This document shows positions 50,380 to 62,432 of a DNA stretch of 64,000 nt, piece by piece; position 1 is the stretch's first letter, and every line of letters starts with the position of its first letter. The notes under the pieces were generated by a model. The model ran no database searches and was not told the origin of the DNA. It was given only the letters and a program-made list of their open reading frames with translations. The stretch covers positions 1 through 64,000 of the forward strand of contig JBLDXI010000021.1 in the NCBI GenBank assembly GCA_047495785.1, read 5' to 3'. The position numbers were made by a program, and so were the translations under genes. Origin of the DNA: Lepidodermella squamata (lineage: Eukaryota > Animalia > Gastrotricha).

Positions 50380-50901
50380 TCAGTAGTTGCGGAAGGTGGG
50401 CGAGGAGGCGCTGAGGACTGAAGCCATCGCGAAAACAGTAGCCATCAACTCGGCGGCGGTGAGGACGAAAATCGCTGGCTGGCCAGCAGGCGGCGGGACG
50501 GTTTCAGAATCGCTGAAATTCGGCTGAGATGGCGAAACTTGCTGCGGCGGGGGTGAAATGGTCGGAGCCGGGCTCGACTCGCTCATTCGGCTGATTTTAC
50601 CGGCGTGAAAACGCGACTCGTGGCGCTTCAGGCCGTTGATCGACAACAGCGAAACCGGGCAGAACTGGCATTGAAACCGCTGGCGTTCGACTTTGTGCGT
50701 GGCGCGGTGGGTTCGAAGCGACGATGGGTTCTGAAAGTTTTTCTTGCACAAGTCGCACTTGAACGCGGCGGAGTGAGCGAGGCGGTGATAGCGGAGAAAC
50801 TGGCGCGAGACGAACGTTTTATCGCACAGGTCACATGGAAATCGATTCGAGTTCGAAATCGATGAATTGATCGAAGAGTTGCTCGTAGAAGACCGCTGCA
50901 T
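50380..50901 (-). CDS. C2H2 zinc-finger protein ZF-C, 173 aa, 3 fingers, single coding exon
   Basis: FPCDLCDKTF..L.YH..AH, FKCDLCKKNF..L.TH..TH, FQCQFC..L.RH...FH. Confidence 0.85.
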   Translation of the reverse strand: MQRSSTSNSSINSSISNSNRFPCDLCDKTFVSRQFLRYHRLAHSAAFKCDLCKKNFQNPSSLRTHRATHKVERQRFQCQFCPVSLLSINGLKRHESRFHAGKISRMSESSPAPTISPPPQQVSPSQPNFSDSETVPPPAGQPAIFVLTAAELMATVFAMASVLSASSPTFRNY

Positions 50902-51321
50902 ATTGAAAAATCAAGCGCGAGAAATATACTTAATCACAAGTCGTAAATTGGTGTTAATGAAGTGATAAGAGCGATGATCTCTGTGTTATTATCGTGTGCG
51001 GCACCTCTTCTTCTGATGATGATGATACCTTGTGTGCGGCGTGTGTGGGTAATAAAAGTGCCGGTGTCTGTTGTGCGCGCTTGCGCAAGTGCGCGGAGTG
51101 CGCGGGTAATAAACGCGCCATCACCGGGGTTAGAGCCGAGGTTACGCGAGGCGGAGCTGTGACATGCCGCCGCGGCGTCCGCATCGCCTTTCATCTTCGG
51201 CTTGATTAATTGACTCAGCTATATCTCATATTAATTACGATATCCACCGCGATCTTAAATTACGCAAATCAACGATAATTTTATTCAACTTCGAAAATAA
51301 ATGAAAATAAAATAAAATAAA

Positions 51322-53886
51322 TTAAACGTTGGTCGATGCTATTGAAAGCGAATATTGGTCGCCGAGTGCGACTTTCGTTCTGGATACCAATTGAGATTGT
51401 GCGACTGATGGGCGGGTCAAAGCGATAGCGCTAACGTTATACGAGTTATTTTTGTGCATTGAGCCCCTGCGATTAAAATTGAAAATTTGAAAAATTTCAC
51501 ATTTAAAAATTATCAATTTTTTTACCTGAATTTACAGGTCAAAATGGCGTAAAGTTGATGCCTCACTCTCGGCAGGCGAGCGGCATATATGATAGGATTG
51601 AGCAGTGGTGAAAGCATCAAAAGACTAAAGAAAAATCGGACAATTTTCTGGAAAATTTGACCCGGGCTGAGCTCTCACCTGTTGAACACCGAATTGACCG
51701 TGAGAAGTCCCTCTGTCTTTTCGATTAAGCGAAAATTCGCAGTAGACATCAGGACATCGGTGAGACGTTCGTCAAGATTTTGCTGCTCCCAATGTGTCCG
51801 TAAAAACATGAACAGTTCAAACAGTACAAAGGGCATCTGCGAAATCAAAACAAAACATAATTATCAGCCTAGAAAAACATGATGTTGCGCTTTTACCCAA
51901 CAAATTGTGAACGATCCAATTAGCATCAAAGTCGTGAGAACAAGGCGCAGTGATACGTTCCGGTGCTTGATGCTATGCGTCGTTGAAGAGCAGTTTGATA
52001 TAGTGTCATCGGCCATGTTGTTAGTGCTACTACACGGCGGTATTAGCGAGGAGAGAAAAACGCACTGATGGGGCGCGGTATTGTCATGGTCGGCCTGGGA
52101 GGTGAAACGCCGCCGTCGTGATCTGATTGATCGAATTATCTGACTAGCGTGAGGTCGGCGCATAACTTTAACGAAAATACACCCGTATATCGCGAGGACG
52201 AGAATGAAAATCGGAATTGTAAGCCCGATGACGAAAAACTCGACGCCGAACTTCTCGGCACCGAAAAATCGACAAATGTGGTCCTTGCGCTGAAATTCGA
52301 ATGCTTCGATAACTGCTGATATCAAATCGTGCATTTGCGTGCTCCTATTTTCAGAATGCTCCGACGAGCCCGGACCAATGATGCTTCTGAAAAAATTGAA
52401 AAATTGATTATAATTAATTTTCGATGTTCCATCCTTTCTTGTTTGATGATTTGTAAGGCCTATGTTTAGTAATTTAGCTAAACGATACCCCATGAACGAA
52501 TTGAAATTTTCTTCGTTGGTTTCCTAAGCTGCTAATATCGGAAAAATCAGGGATTTTTAAAATCGATTACAGAAATCGATATCGATTTTACAGGGTTGAA
52601 TATAACCAATATAAGCGCAAAATACGCATAATATTATCATCCTAACTGCTAAGCATGTTAATAAAGAAATTTTAATTAGGACGAAAAATTCGAAAACCCA
52701 TAGATTGAATAATTTTCGAGCTGGAACTCATAATTTAGGGTGCGTACTGGGTACGGCCATTAAATTTGAAAATTTATCATGGAATTTCACCAATTTGGAA
52801 ATTATTTTATATCCTAAGCATTTCACTTTATCCGAGTATTTTCGATTTAAAATACATTTTTCAATATGGGAAAATCTATAGCCTTTGATATATTCCTGGA
52901 TAGAGCTGGCTAACGGAAAAATAATGGAAAAATCTCGAGGTAATATATAAGGCGAATTTTCAGATTTTTTTTTGCCAATAATTAGAAATTGAGCTAAAGA
53001 TTTTTAAAATGGAAAAAATATTGCCATACCTGTTTGATGAAGTAGGCTCATCGATTATTGGAAGAGCCTCGGTGAAAGTCAAATTTTGGTCAATTTCTTC
53101 GGAAATCTTACGCGAATTTCCATCCGTTGAAAACACTTGAGCAGGCTGATCTGGATAACCTTGCGGCATTGATCCCTTAATTTTGCTTCCATGAAAGGCA
53201 TAAGTTATTATTGAGCAAATAGTATCGGCGAATCCGAGGCCAAACGCAGCGACCCAAACTAGGGAAATCGTCCACCTCAACCTTCGACACGACATCAGAG
53301 ATTGATAGCGAAGTTGCTGAAAGACGCCGATGAGGTTATCGACAGTGAGCCCGGCGATGCTGAGCAGGCTCGCGACATAGCTGACCAGGGTCAAACACCG
53401 CAGAACGACATTTCCGCAGTGTTCAAACCCGCCTGATTTGAATGAGCGGATGAAATTCTGGTGGAAAATTGTCAGCATAACCGTGCCTGCCATGAACATA
53501 TCAGCGGCGGCGAGGCTCAGCAGAAAGCGGCGATAGCCGTTCAGGGTTAACTGAGTCCGATTCAGGGCGAGTAGTACGAGGAGATTTCCGATAAAAGCTA
53601 GGCAACTCGTTAAAATGTCAGTCACCACAAAATTCCCACGGGGTCCATTTAGCAAAAACGTGGAAGTCTCATCAACTTGAAATGTAGGCGATTGCATAGC
53701 GGAATTCATATTGGCAAAATCGTCGAAAAATAAGGAAGAATTGGCATCATCCATGTATTTTTCGAGTATAGGATAGGTTTCGTTCGAGGTGTTATCGAAA
53801 TCGTCCATCAAGTTGTGGTCGCTCAGGCTTTCGAAGAAGGTATCGGCGCCATCCATACTCGGCTGATCATTAAAATAATCATTCAT
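51322..53886 (-). CDS. Orphan class A GPCR paralog GPCR-C, about 582 aa; exons 53886-53030, 52386-51897, 51836-51679, 51624-51526, 51466-51322
   Basis: LSLAAADMFM, LTVDNLIGVF, ICW|MPF, SPLLNPIIYAARL. Short tail ending ...IASTNV*. Minus-strand AATAAA at about 51283. Confidence 0.9.
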
Positions 53887-56212
53887 TATTTTCGCGTTTT
53901 TCTATGACAAAAAGCAAGCTCAAATTTCAAATGCTGTATATTTAAGATTAATAATGACATTCCTAATCTAAATTTGGGCGTAGGATAGGCAATTAAATTT
54001 TATGACAAATTGACGCAACAGTAACCGTCAATGTAGGGACGCCTGCGTGGTAATAAAGGTGACACATGAGCTGAGCGAAAGGCGTAAGCCACTATTTTTA
54101 CACAGCCTGATGGATTCGTTTATGGCTCAGACAATTACCATCAGCTGGAAAATTGAATAGCAAGAAGACAGTGTGAGATGATTTAAATTATGAATGTCCT
54201 CTCAAAATCTAGAATGAATATGACAAGTTGGAACAAGTTGGAACATTCTAAGGCAGGTATATCAGTGAGTTTGGCATATAGTTCGCAATAAATAAACTCC
54301 GAGTTACCTTAAAATTCATCTATAGATAGCATCGATAGTTAATGAGTGCGTGGCATTACTTCCATTATGTGCACGGTGAAAGGCGTTAATTGGAATAAAA
54401 AGTCGGGCAAATTCATTTAAATGGTCGCAAATTTTGCTATGAGGCGAGATTTCTCAACTTGTTTAATTTCCTATAATATTGTGAGCCTATTTGGACGGTG
54501 AACGCCTGATTGAATCTCCTGGGGATAACGTGATTATTTTCGGAGATAACCTATAGAAAAATCTATTGCTATATTTTCAAGCGAGAATTATTGGGAATAT
54601 ATAGCTTTTCCTCTGTCGCCCAAATGGAGACAGAGTTAAAAATCGCTCAAATTTGATGCTGAACAAAAAATCGAGTTTGGAATGTGATTTCATGGACAAA
54701 GTGGCCAGGAAGCTTCAATGAAGGGTATAAGCTGAAACATGTGCTAATTAACTAATTAACGATTAAACTTTCCCCTGAAAAAAGATTGAGAAAATGTCTT
54801 AAATGAGCAAGATTTAAGCAATCATGGATGGCACAGAGTACACAAACTATATTTCCCTGCGTGATCGTATATGAACCAATGTTTCCTATTAAGTCATATA
54901 AGAATACAGGATTGTTAAGCCCATCGTCTTTGCAAGTGATATTGCAAGCTAGTTTTATTAATGGAAATACGATAATAGAAACGCCGCCTTAAATTAATCG
55001 CTTTTCTGCTTTTCTTATTTAAACTTTTCCGTATCCTGGTCGGTTTCAAAGTCGCGGAAAAATCTGGGGCCCTGTGTATTTATTATCGTGATTATAAGGC
55101 TTAGAAATCGGAAATCGGATCCTCTTACAGTATAAACGTGGATTAGCGATTTGGATTTTATATAATGAATCTGACCAAGTATATCGATTGAATGAGCTGA
55201 ATTAGCCTCGAGATTACATTGAGATTAGCGGTGTAGCGAGGTCTCCCTTGATTTTTCAAAACTGTGAATGAATACCTTGTGACGGCAAGCCGAATAAGTA
55301 GCCAGCACAAGTTACAAGCGCCCGATAGGCGAGCGCAATTATAACTTGGAATTCGAGAAAGGTGGCGCAAGATCATCGCTGCAATGTTCCGGGGATATAG
55401 ATAAAACAAGCCTGCTCTTGATGAACTCAGTTAATGAGCTTCAGCAGTGGAAATGCTAGTATAAAAAGCCAAAGCACGGTTACTCATCGCAGAAATCTAT
55501 AGCTGTGACAGGTGTGCGGGGACTGGCGAAGCTCAGTGTACCATGCATCACCTTTACACTTAGTAATAGATAGGTATCAATACTTATTAATGTCGCCACA
55601 ATAGACGACATTATTTCAACTGTCGCATAGACATCTATTGGGCAGGGTAAGCAAAGCAAGTGAATAGTTAACCTAAATTGTCTCATACATCTAGGCTCTC
55701 TAAGAATGTAAGTGTTCTCACCCGATTGATCTGTCTTAATCGCGGAAAACGGATACATTACAATCACGGAAACCTAGAAGTTGGGGACGAGAATTCTGCA
55801 AAATTGATAACTAATAAAAGGTGATACAGCTGTCGATCTTTTGACTTATGATCACTGATGAGCATACGTGGGTAAATTGTTTGTCTGCTAGTGAGCGCAA
55901 TTTTTCGAGTATAGCTGCCAAAGTTGTGGATAAGCCATTTCCACTTTTAGAAAAAATGTAACGAAGTCATGTTTTCTAGGCTACTGGCGCGTTTTCTGCC
56001 AGTTTTACCTGGTCCGGGATGCGTCATCTGAAAAAATTGACTGACACGATGGAAAGTGATATTAATTCTTTGTCGCAATATTTTATTCTCGAGAAAAAAT
56101 GCCCTCATAACGGATGTAGAACACTTGAGATCAATTCAGCTTTTTTGATTTAATTAAACTCGAATTTCAGTTCGAATCATTATCGTCTGAATTGCAGCTT
56201 CGCCGGATGATT

Positions 56213-59200
56213 TTATTCCTCGGCAAGTGACGTCAAAACTATCCCGGTGATAGTTTGCCTTCGTTTAGCTTTTTTACGGTCCTTTCGTTCGTCGCGACCA
56301 CGGCGTCGTTCCACCGAACTACCGTACGATAAGCGACGAACTACGCCTGCTTTACATTGCTGCAACTCGCCATCGCTGACCTATAAAAATTGATAAACGC
56401 ACATTTGACCCAATTTAAATGATAATGCGCGTGCCTGACCTTGTGTTCAGAAAAATCGGCCAGGAAACTTCGAGATCTTAATGGCTTCTGTTGAATTTGC
56501 AGCTTTTGATCGTCCGAAACAGAAGCGCATCGCATTTTATTCGGATCAACAATCAACGGCCGGCTTTCGACCGACAGAAAATTGCCGGACGAATTTTTAA
56601 CCACCGGTAATTTCCCATTTTGCTTCACCGGGGTGTCATTTTCGGGTTTAATCGGTTTAACAGGCAGACTAATTTGCCGATCGACGCTATCACGGCTCTC
56701 GTCATCAGCAGCTTTTTGATGAAGCACTTTCGCCGATGAGCTCATGTCTAGCTTGTTCGGCGAATCTGGCCGGTTGCAACACTCGTGGCCGTTTTCGCGG
56801 TAGTAAACTTCAAAGCACTCGTCGCAGACCGCAACTATGTCGCCGTGTTTACCGGTCACGTGGCGGTAGAACGCGGCCTGGCTCAAAAACAGATTATCAC
56901 AGCCGCGGACGTGGCAGCGGTATTCAGGCTTCTGCGAGGCAAGTGCCGCGTTTCCGGCAAAAATCGCCGATCCATTCGAGAAGGAACCACTCGGCGAAAT
57001 GCGAATGCTATTCGTCGCTGTTAAGGTGGATTTGTTATTCGAGCCTGAGAAGGAGAAAATGCTGTTGTTGTGGTGAGGTCCCATTAGATAGGCCGATGGC
57101 GACGGTGACAGCAAGTTGCCACGGGGTGTCCCTGGGGGTGACAATATCGAGGATGAATTTCCGTAGGCTGTTGAGGAATTGGTCGAGCGAGTTGCGCGAA
57201 GTGAACTGTGACCGTTGCCGAATGTTCGAGACATGGTCGAACTGATTTCGAAGTTACTAGCATTGGCATTGCGATTAGGCATCGAACCGAGTGGGAAGTG
57301 ATTTCGAATTCCGCATAATATACCCTGGCCATCCTGTTTCTCAGCAGAGCTATGCCGCTTCCATTTTCTGGAAATTTTAAAATTTAAAATTTAAAATAAC
57401 AAAATTTGAAATTTCATACTTATTTCCGCAGGTAAGGATGATGATGAGTTGCAAGCGAACTCGAGGCAGTCGGCTAGCGAAAATGATGGGGTTGAGGAGG
57501 GGGCTCAGCATGAGCAGGCTGTTGAATATGGTATTAACCAGCAGTGCTTGGTTGGAAGAGGTGTACTGCGATTTTTGTGACGAATCGCCATTTTTCGACG
57601 GATCGCCGGTTAAATGCGACGTTTTCAGGTACATGTACAGCTCAAAGCAGATGAAAGGCATCTGAAAAAGAGTTTATTATAAAGCCAAGCATGGAAGTAA
57701 AAAAAATATTTACAGAAGGATTTCCAATTTGAACTTCCAAGCCGGTATTTCCTAATTTATAGTAATTAAATTAAATCTAATTACCCCACGAAAAGGTCTA
57801 ACAGCCGAAAATGCGAAAATTCGATTTATGAGTGGTCGCATTTTGGGACATCAATTCTTATTTTCCCAGCATGGTCCATGGCCAAATAACTACTAGTCGT
57901 GGCTTTTATGGACAGTCCGTTATATTTTAATTTTCGATAAATGGCCTCTGATGTCAGGTGTTTATTATCCCGAGTCCTCAAGAGTTGACGTAGGTAAATT
58001 TATAACGCGAAAGTGGAAAATTTAATTAGGAAAATTGGAAGCGAATCCGCAGAAAATGTTCCAAATAATTAATATCAATCAAAATACAAAGCAATAATAT
58101 TTTATCGGGCCAAGGGTTTGAAGCACGGAAGGATAATAGGGACCAATATACCTAGTAAACATTTCAAGTAAAACTCCACCCACGTGTCCTGGACAAGTTT
58201 TCGTTTACAGAAATTTAGAAAAATTGTGATTGATTGGAACATAATTATTATGACTATGATTTCCTGATATTTCGGAGAATAAATGGATTTTACCCAGCAA
58301 AATGTGAAAGATCCGATGAGCAGCATGGTAGTCAGAACGAGTCGAACCGTTTTCCTCTGACGATTTGATCGCCTGCGAATGACTTCGAGCACGATACGGC
58401 CGTGAATTGCCAATAGCAGCAAGAAACACGGCACAGTTAAGCCGATGACGAAAAGCTCAACTCCGAATTTATTAAGCTGGTAATACGTGCACCAGTCTGA
58501 ATATTCCTTCTCCTCGTCGATAAGTTCTAACACGTCATGAATGAGGTCGTGCAAGTTGAAATCTTCGCCGGACAATTCAGCAGATGATGAGGCAAATAGT
58601 CCAAATGTTGATGAATTAGAAGGCTTGGATGTTGACGACGTCGAACGGAAAGGTTTTGAATAATTGGAGTCGGGATCATCGAAAGACCTTAAAAATATTA
58701 ATAAATCGTTTTAAAAATAATTTTGAAATTTTTTCTAATTTTCATTTTATAAAATATTAAGGAGACCCACCTGGCTTTTCTAGAAATTTTTTCTAGAGCT
58801 AACTCTTCATCGAAACTTGCGGAAAAAACCGTGTAAGCTTGAGCATTGTGGACCGGCGTTGTAGTCTCATTCATGATCAAACCGGCTGTTGTGATATTCA
58901 CATTATTGGCAACTGGGTGTTTTGTAAAGAACAAGGCGAATATTCGAGAGGCAGATGATTCAACTGTTGTCTGTGCCGTTGTTGTCGTAGATGTCGTAAA
59001 AGATGTCGCGAATCTTGCTGAGGAGGTTGTCATATCGGCTTTATTACTTGATTGGTACAAGTAAATTCCGAATGTTATCGGTAGATCTATGAAGCCTAGC
59101 GTTAGGGATAGCGCCCAAAGCCCGGCGATTGCTCGAATCAAACGGCCACCGGACATAAGCTGTCGAAATAAAATTAAAATTAATCAATCAGCTATCAGTT

Positions 59201-60336
59201 TCATCAATATTCACAAGTGAATGATTCATAGCTAATACCCGCCGATAACCGCGAATTTGTCCAAATGGTAAACGGCCTTGGCGCTTTACGAATGAGCTCA
59301 AAATGTGCTAATGGGCTAACCAGGCTTGATAATGATAAAATAAAAAATAAAAAATGAAAATTCGAGTATTGAAAATATGGGGGTCGCGTGGAATCGAACC
59401 CGAGGCGCCCACAAACCATGTCATTTTCACGCGAAAAACCAAAAAAACTGTCCATTTTTACCCGTAGTGCAAAAAGTACAAAACCTACGAGGAAACGGAT
59501 TGCGCCATTCGAAAGAGCGGGGCCGATTACCCACAGTGGAGAAACTGGTTTTATTCCGATTTTGCGAGATTCTCAGAGTTGGATAAATCTCGAAAAGTCG
59601 GAATCTCGAAAAAAATTTTCCGCGCGCAGGACGATTTAAATGAGTCTAGATTTCCGTTTCTTTATCATTTTTAAAACTTTTAAAAATTATTGACTGGAAA
59701 TTTTTCGATTTTATATTCCGAATGAAACCTGCTAGTTTTCGAACACCCGATTGACGAAATCCAGGTCGTTTTTCGTACACTCCCTCCGCGGTGTTTACAT
59801 ACCCGGATTTCCCATCAGACGGGAAATAAGGTGACGGGGATGAAGGTTCCACTCCTTTTTTCTAACCGACTTACCGCGTTGTATGACAGAGGTCTGAAAA
59901 TGCCGAGAAAGTTATCAGCCGTTAACCCGGCTATGCTGAGCAGTGACGCAAAGTAGCTGATAAGTGTTAGCGATCGCAGGACGTTATTCCCACACGTTTC
60001 AATCAACTGAAACGTGTACTTGCCCGACATGCGTTCGTGGCTGAAAGTTAGCACGGTTGTTGAGGCCATGAAGATGTTGGCAGCAGTCAAGCTGAGCAGG
60101 AACCGCCGGTAGCCAGCCAGGGCGAATTTAGTCTGCGTCACTGCGATGACTATCAAGGTGTTGCTGAGCAAGGCTAGGACTGATGACACGATGTCGGCGT
60201 AGATAAACGGAGTGCGCCACATGAAAACTTCGCCGTCTTTCGTCGATGGGGGTGTCAGCGAGAGTACAGGCGGTGTTGTCACGAGGGGCATCATCGTCGA
60301 TTGCCTGCCGTGGCTGCTAATGAAATCAACCGCCAT
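56213..60336 (-). CDS. GPCR-D: 7TM receptor fused to a C-terminal zinc-finger tail, about 860 aa; exons 60336-59875, 59159-58771, 58687-58294, 57661-57420, 57367-56440, 56380-56213
   Basis: Same family motifs. The 52-nt phase-2 intron 57419-57368 joins ...NPIIFASRLPRVRLQLIIILTCGNK to KWKRHSSAEKQDGQGILCGIRNHFPLGS-MPNRN..., in frame with track ORF 56341..57282. Zinc module at 56922-56776. The last exon encodes ...RRRGRDERKDRKKAKRRQT...EE*. Confidence 0.85.
59203..59545 (+). repeat. Dispersed repeat, copy 2, in GPCR-D intron 1
   Basis: Collinear similarity to 25530-25845; starts with the ATTCAC-AA-GTGAAT palindrome. Confidence 0.8.
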
Positions 60337-62432
60337 CTCTCTGCTTGTGCGTGATTTTTAAATTTTTCGCAAAATTATTATCTCCAGCATGCAAAAAACG
60401 AACGCCGTTCGACCGATAATAATCGCGTCATTTTTTTTAATTAACCTTATCCGTCTAAAATCATCGGAAAATTTGTGTACAATAAAACTTAGGAGTATAT
60501 TGTCGGAGTGTAACTTTTGGAAGCTATTTAAAATTTTAGTTGAGGAAAAAATGGACATTAAAAAGTAATGGGAAAAAATTGTAATTCTCAGGGGTCTTTC
60601 TCAAATAATTTTCAGGTGTAGAAATTATGGTCCTAAGAGATCAAAGCATGGCCGAATTTCACACCGGACGAGAATGCTTTATGGTTTAATTGGTTAAAGC
60701 TTTTCCAACACTTGAATAGAGGATAAAATTGCCCGATTTTTCGAGCCTTTGACTATGGCTTAGGAAATTAAATCCGGAAAATCCGATGCGTAAATTTTTG
60801 CCAGGGCGTCGTATCGTACATCTAAAGGAAATAATATGATGAAGAACCAGGTGCTCAAGGCACAAAAATAACTACAAGTGAGCTTATTAAGCAGAGTTGT
60901 CAATTGTCACGTGACCTCGTAACCTATATCGGTTATTTTGTCGCTAAAAATGTTACTTGCATAGTATATGACGTAGTATGACCACAGCATTTTTTTTAGG
61001 AATATTATATGCTTTTATAAGGCTCTGTAATTTATCGTAATAATTAAGCACTGGTTTCTATGTCGGAATCGCGCTTGGGTGAACGCACATGACCTGAAAA
61101 GCTCAACTTGAAACCGACCAAGCGTACAGTCGTGCCTGATATGAGGGAAAAATCGAAATTTTTTATTACAATAGCGAGCAGTTATATCATATTCCGCCTC
61201 TTCAGGGGACACTATTAGAAAAATCTTCCGATAATGATATTCAGAGCTATCATTGCAGCGACCACTTGCGCCCAAAAGGCGAGAGCAAGTCGATATATAT
61301 TAGAGAACGAAGGCTATTAATAGACCGGGGGGAGTGCTCGAGATGAGACATTCATGCAATTTTTTCGCCTAAATTGCCTGATTGCAGGCGAATGATATCG
61401 TTGCCTTCGCGCGAATATAATGCATTACATCGAATGTAGAAGAATGTTTATAATAAGGCAGCACTACTTATAAACGATGATGAAGACTTAGTCTTATTAA
61501 TCGCGCGCGTAAGCAGCTTGTGTTAGGGACTGCTAAAAAATTCGATACGTAATATTCAAGCGAAACTTCATTAGGGTAGGCACAGGTGCGAAACTTCAAG
61601 CCCATAAACATAGGTAAAAAAAAGTCGTGCGCGCACGAGTTTTTTCGATAATAAATAAAAGACACATACATTCAAGATTATAGGGTGATACAAAACTGCT
61701 GTTAGGATTACCTGGCAATATCAGCTCGTTAATCAAATGAGTATTTTTAGTCACATGAACTCGACTGTTATTCAATAATTCTGCGCATCTAACTGAGCGT
61801 CAGAATTTTATCAGAAAATGTGTTATGAATAACGCAGGGCCAAAAGTTGGTCAGGCGATTGTTTGAATAAGACCATCATGATATGAGCACATGTATATCG
61901 ATTGTGAGCGGAAAATCGAATACAACAACAGTTTGGAAGCGCAAAATTATTATCATTGCATTTCAGCACCTGTTTTTATTAAAAAAATACGCGGGTTTTT
62001 TTTCGCTCGAAGCCTGGTAGATAAATAAACACGGATAACAAAAAAATAACAAATCCCATCTTTCTACCTTAGGTAATATCATTTCGGCTAAAAATAAGTG
62101 TAAAACGTCGGTTAAACATGAAAAATTTGAAGGATGAGTTCGAACATAGACTCGCCTTAATAAGCTAATTAGAACGAAGCGCTATTTTTACTGCATAACT
62201 TGAACTAGCCACCTGATAGCAGCATAATTTAATAAAAAAAAATCGATTTGCGACACAGATATTCGGCGGAAAATATTTTCGCTAATTTCTAAAGGAATTT
62301 AATGTCAAAGACAACGCCTACATTAAAACCATCCTAGATATTGCCAAATCATTTTTTTATTTTCAAAAATAATATTATTTTGGCAAGATTTGCTCGCGTC
62401 AACTGTTTTTTAGTCTTTATTCCCTATAATTA

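Noticed and set aside
50380-51526. Possible fusion of GPCR-C to the downstream ZF-C exon
   Set aside because: GPCR-C has its own in-phase terminal exon ending STNV* at 51322 followed by AATAAA, and ZF-C has its own ATG. Nothing in the sequence requires a join.
59378-59410. GGTTCGATTCC B-box/T-loop-like motif on the minus strand
   Set aside because: The T-stem does not pair and there is no cloverleaf. It lies inside a dispersed repeat.
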